A DNA stretch of 64,000 nucleotides from assembly GCA_964016885.1 (NCBI GenBank), contig OZ024754.1, positions 43,648,001 through 43,712,000 of the forward strand. Reading direction: 5' to 3'. Within the stretch, counting starts at the first letter, position 1. Every line of letters begins with the position of its first letter. Shown piece after piece: positions 59,799 through 64,000 of the stretch. The notes beneath the pieces are model-generated. The model searched no databases. It saw only the letters and a program-made list of their open reading frames with translations, and was not told the origin of the DNA. The DNA comes from Eledone cirrhosa (lineage: Eukaryota). Position numbers and translations under genes: made by a program.

Positions 59799-60651
59799 CC
59801 CTTTTCCTATCAAACAGGTCCTTTACAATTTACATTATTCTATATTTGCTATTGTATTTTCACAGTAAAGGCTTTACCTCACATAACATTTACATTACTC
59901 TATATATACTATTGTATTTTCACAGTAAAGGCTTTACCTCACATAATATCTCACATAACATTTACATTACTCTATATATACTATTGTATTTTCACAGTAA
60001 AGGCTTTACCTCACATAATATCTCACATAACATTTACATTACTCTATATTTGCCATTGTATTTTCACAGTAAAGGCTTTACCTCAAATAACATTTACATT
60101 ACTCTATATATACTATTGTATTTTCACAGTAAAGGCTTTACCTCACATAATACCTCACATAACATTTACATTACTCTATAGTTGCTATTGTATTTTCACA
60201 GTAAAGGCTTTACCTCACATAATATCTCACATAACATTTACATTACTCTATATATACTATTGTATTTTCACAGTAAAGGCTTTAGCTCACATAATATCTC
60301 ACATAACATTTACATTACTCTATATTTGCTATTGTATTTTCACAGTAAAGGCTTTACCTCAAATAACATTTACATTACTCTATATATACTATTGTATTTT
60401 CACAGTAAAGGCTTTACCTCACATAATATCTCACATAACATTTACATTACTCTATATGTACTATTGTATTTTCTTGGCAAACACTTTACCTCACATAGTT
60501 ATTTCACATGATATCAAATTTATGAGATTTTGATGTCATTTATTTTGAGAATAATATTTTAACGTAAATATGAGCAGCCGGTTGCAGCCAGTTTGAACAG
60601 AAAGAGGTGAGAGAATTCTGGCCAGATACGGCCGGTTTAAATGCTAAAGGG
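59799..60651. mobile_element. TTAA-type MITE expanded by an internal 60/72-bp minisatellite (59826-60500)
   Basis: Left end TTAA-CCCTTT, right end aatgctaaaggg; the right part matches 40010-40125 and the repeat unit matches 39917-39977. Confidence 0.75.
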
Positions 60652-60889
60652 TCAAAATCAGGATTAGGTATTCGTGAGCTAATTTCGAAATTACAAATGC
60701 ACTGTACCCCCTCCTCCTTGGCATTCGTGGCCCCGACACACGCGGTCACGGTTATTCGCGGAATTTTTCCTTAGAACCTAACTGCATATTCGCAGAAACG
60801 TAAATATCTTCCGCAATTTTTATGACTTTTTTCGCGGCAATATAACGCTAAATTATTAATAACAATATACCGAATTTGCCAACCTTCTT

Positions 60890-61130
60890 GCCTATGTGTG
60901 TGTGTGTGACAGCTCACGCCTATGTGTGTGTGTGACAGCTCACGCCTATGTGTGTGACAGCTCACACCTATGTGTGTGTGTGTGTGTGACAGCTCACACC
61001 TATGTGTGTGTGTGTGTGTGACAGCTCACACCTATGTGTGTGTGTGTGTGTGTGTGTGTGACAGCTCACACCTATGTGTGTGTGTGACAGCTCACACCTA
61101 TGTGTGTGTCTGTGACAGCTCACATCTGTG
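60890..61130. repeat. Minisatellite gacagctcacacctat + (GT)n, about 8 copies
   Basis: Direct inspection. Confidence 0.9.
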
Positions 61131-61194
61131 CAGGTTTAGCTGGCCTCCTCCAAGGTATATCTCGTTGGGGGTGTCTTGGCTTGTTTAATAATAG

Positions 61195-61352
61195 GGACCC
61201 CCAGTGCTTTCACCTCATTTCTACAGCTGAGTAAACTGGAGCAACGTGAAATAAAGTGCCTTGCTCAACGAAACAACACATCACTCGGTCCGAGAATTGA
61301 ACTCACAACCTTTCGATTGCAAGCCCAATGCTCTAACCACTAGGCCATGCAC
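61195..61352 (-). mobile_element. SINE family 2, near full length
   Basis: Minus strand TGGCCTAGTGG A box, GAGTTCAATTCTC B box, ttgagcaaggcactttatttcacgttgctccag. Confidence 0.8.
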
Positions 61353-61668
61353 CTTCACTTGCCTATGGATAACATCTATGAGTTCAGCTGGTCTCGCTTG
61401 ACGATCCTATCGAATCATTTGAAGACGGTTGCTTCTGGCAGGACTCTCTGGAAGGCGTGATTGAGGTTTCTACCCCGAATAAAGTGTAAAGTCCGGCGGT
61501 GGGGTGGTAAATTGGATTTGCAGAATTGTTAAAGAGTCGAACTGGATATTTTGTGGCATCTGTCTGCTCCGTTAAAGTACCTTCTGAGTTCAAATCCTAC
61601 GTCCATCTGTCAGTTGTGACCAACAAATTGTATCAGCAAAACACCAAAGGAAACATTGTTTCCTTCAT

Positions 61669-61988
61669 TTTTTTTTTTTACAGTACAATAGTTTATAACT
61701 TTGCCTATTAATCCGTATGGTGGGCAAATGGGGTCCCGCGTGCTGGCCTCCCCACAGCCCCGGCGGACAGGATGGAGAAGGCGTTTCCCCGGAGGATAGT
61801 AAGGGAGATGTGCTGGAAGAGCCATTCCAACTCGCGAGGCTCACACCTGCGGCTGGCCAGCTCAGCGCCTATGGAGGTGAATAGAGAGTCAGCCTTAGGG
61901 CCAAGGACACCAGAAGTCTCCACTGCCAAGGGCACGACCGCGAACCTGTCGGAGAGCGACCGGTACTTGGATCGGCTCCTTTCCTTTA
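61669..61988 (-). mobile_element. 5'-truncated CRE-like non-LTR retrotransposon 3' end (C-terminus of the restriction-like endonuclease region) with poly(A)
   Basis: KYRSLSDRFAVVPLAVETSGVLGP..LFQHISLTILRGNA; GC-rich; stop at 61708; poly(A) at 61669-61679. Confidence 0.8.
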
Positions 61989-62559
61989 CATTTTTTTAAA
62001 ATTCTATTTTATTTGGGTGGCGGATATTACTGCTAATTCCAGCAGATCGAGCAATCACGTGGAATCTCGACGTTGGTTTGGTTATCAAAGAGTAAATTAG
62101 GCAGACATTTTGTTGTTGGTGTTGTTGTTGTTATTGTTGTTGTTTTTCTTTCATTTTCTGTCTATTTTAAAAGAGATCCACCCCTCCACACCTCCAACAC
62201 ATCTTCACTACTCACCGTGCCTTATCTCTCCTACCACGGGAGATGTCTTGGACAAAAAAACGAAACAACTTTTTATCCCCCCACCCCCACACCCACCCCG
62301 CCACACCCACCCTATATATTTTCTTTCCTTTGGAAGTTTATCAGTGAAAGGGACCAAGCCTACATTGTTGTTGTTGGTATTGTTGTTGTTGTGGTGGTGG
62401 TGGTGGTTGTTTGTTGTTGTTGGTATTGTTGTTGTGGTGGTGGTGGTGGTTGTTTGTTGTTGTTGGTATTGTTGTTGTTTGTTGTTGTTCTTCTTTTTCT
62501 TTTTCTTAACCTTGATCTTCTTATAGTTGTTACTACTACTTTTTATTAGTTTTTAACGC

Positions 62560-62607
62560 ACACACATATATATGTATGTATACATGTACACACGCACACA
62601 CAGACAC

Positions 62608-62639
<32 letters not shown>

Positions 62640-62699
62640 GTATGTATATATTTATATATATACACACAGACATATATACATATATAATGTATATATATA

Positions 62700-62784
<85 letters not shown>

Positions 62785-62944
62785 TTTATACATATATATA
62801 TATATATATATACATATATATTTATATACACTATGTATATATGTATATATATATACATACAGACATATATATATATCAATATACACTATATATATATTCA
62901 TACAGACATATATGTATATACACTATATATATATTTATATACAC

Positions 62945-62977
<33 letters not shown>

Positions 62978-63283
62978 GTGTGTGTGTATATACATATATA
63001 TACACATACATATATACATATATAATGTATATATATATATATATATACATATATATACACACATATATATATACATATATTTATACATATATATATATAC
63101 ATATATATACACATATAGATTTATATATACATAATTTATACATATATATATATATATACATATATATTTATTATATGTATATATGTATATATATATACAT
63201 ACAGACATATATATATATCTATATACACTATATATATATTCATACAGACATATATGTATATACACTATATATATATTTATATA

Positions 63284-63333
<50 letters not shown>

Positions 63334-64000
63334 ATATACATATATATACACATACATATATACATATATAATGTATATATATATATACATATATATACAC
63401 ACATATATATATACATATATTTATACATATATATATATATATATACATATATATACACATATAGATTTATATATACATATATTTATACATATATATATAT
63501 ACATATATATTTATTATATGTATATATATATATATATATACATACAGACATATATATATATCTATATACACTATATATATATATTCATACAGACATATAT
63601 GTATATACACTATATATATATTTATATACACTATATATATATATATATATACATATATATATGTGTATGTATGTATGTATGTATTCATTTATATATATGT
63701 GTGTGTATATGTAAGTGTCCGTGTATGTATGTTTATATATATATATATATAAACATGTATAATAGATATATATATATATATATGTGTATGAATGTGTGTG
63801 TATGTATATGAGTGTGTGTGTGTGTATGAGTGTGTATGTGTGTATGAGTGTGTATGAGTGTGTGTGTATGAGTGTGTATGAGTGTGTATGAGTGTATGTG
63901 TGTGTGTGTATGAGTGTGTGTATGAGTGTGTATGAGTGTGTATGAGTGTATGTGTGTGTGTGTATGAGTGTGTGTGTATGAGTGTGTATGAGTGTGTGTG
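62560..64000. repeat. (TA/CA)n tract with duplicated blocks, ending in (GTGTATGA)n
   Basis: Direct inspection. Confidence 0.9.

Noticed and set aside
59786-60511. Repeat-protein ORFs (YFHSKGFTSHN)
   Set aside because: Translation of a MITE-derived minisatellite with unit lengths divisible by 3

Overview
AT-rich, microsatellite-saturated eukaryotic non-coding DNA (intron or intergenic). The SINE/LINE content and (TA)n/(CA)n density suggest a coleoid cephalopod such as Octopus; this is inferred, not verified. No host protein-coding gene can be supported, and nearly all ORFs in the track are microsatellite artefacts. Recognisable content: tRNA-derived SINEs, 5'-truncated LINE remnants (RTE, R4/Dong-like, CRE-like, L1/Tx1-like), a deleted mariner, TTAA- and Tc1/pogo-type MITEs, and several minisatellites. 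The main signal is a dense set of short non-coding elements sitting mostly inside (TA)n tracts that carry type I hammerhead ribozyme (HHR) motifs. There are about 12 intact or near-intact cores from several families, about 6 degenerate ones, and one family present at about 10 loci that keeps only the 3' half of a hammerhead. Many copies form head-to-head palindromes or inversions with reproducible end points, resembling Penelope-like element (PLE) pseudo-LTRs or retrozymes. One palindrome apex falls exactly on the predicted self-cleavage site. One family has a compensatory U3-A8 catalytic core, and one palindrome carries a locally templated insert. Coordinates were counted by eye and may be off by a few bases.
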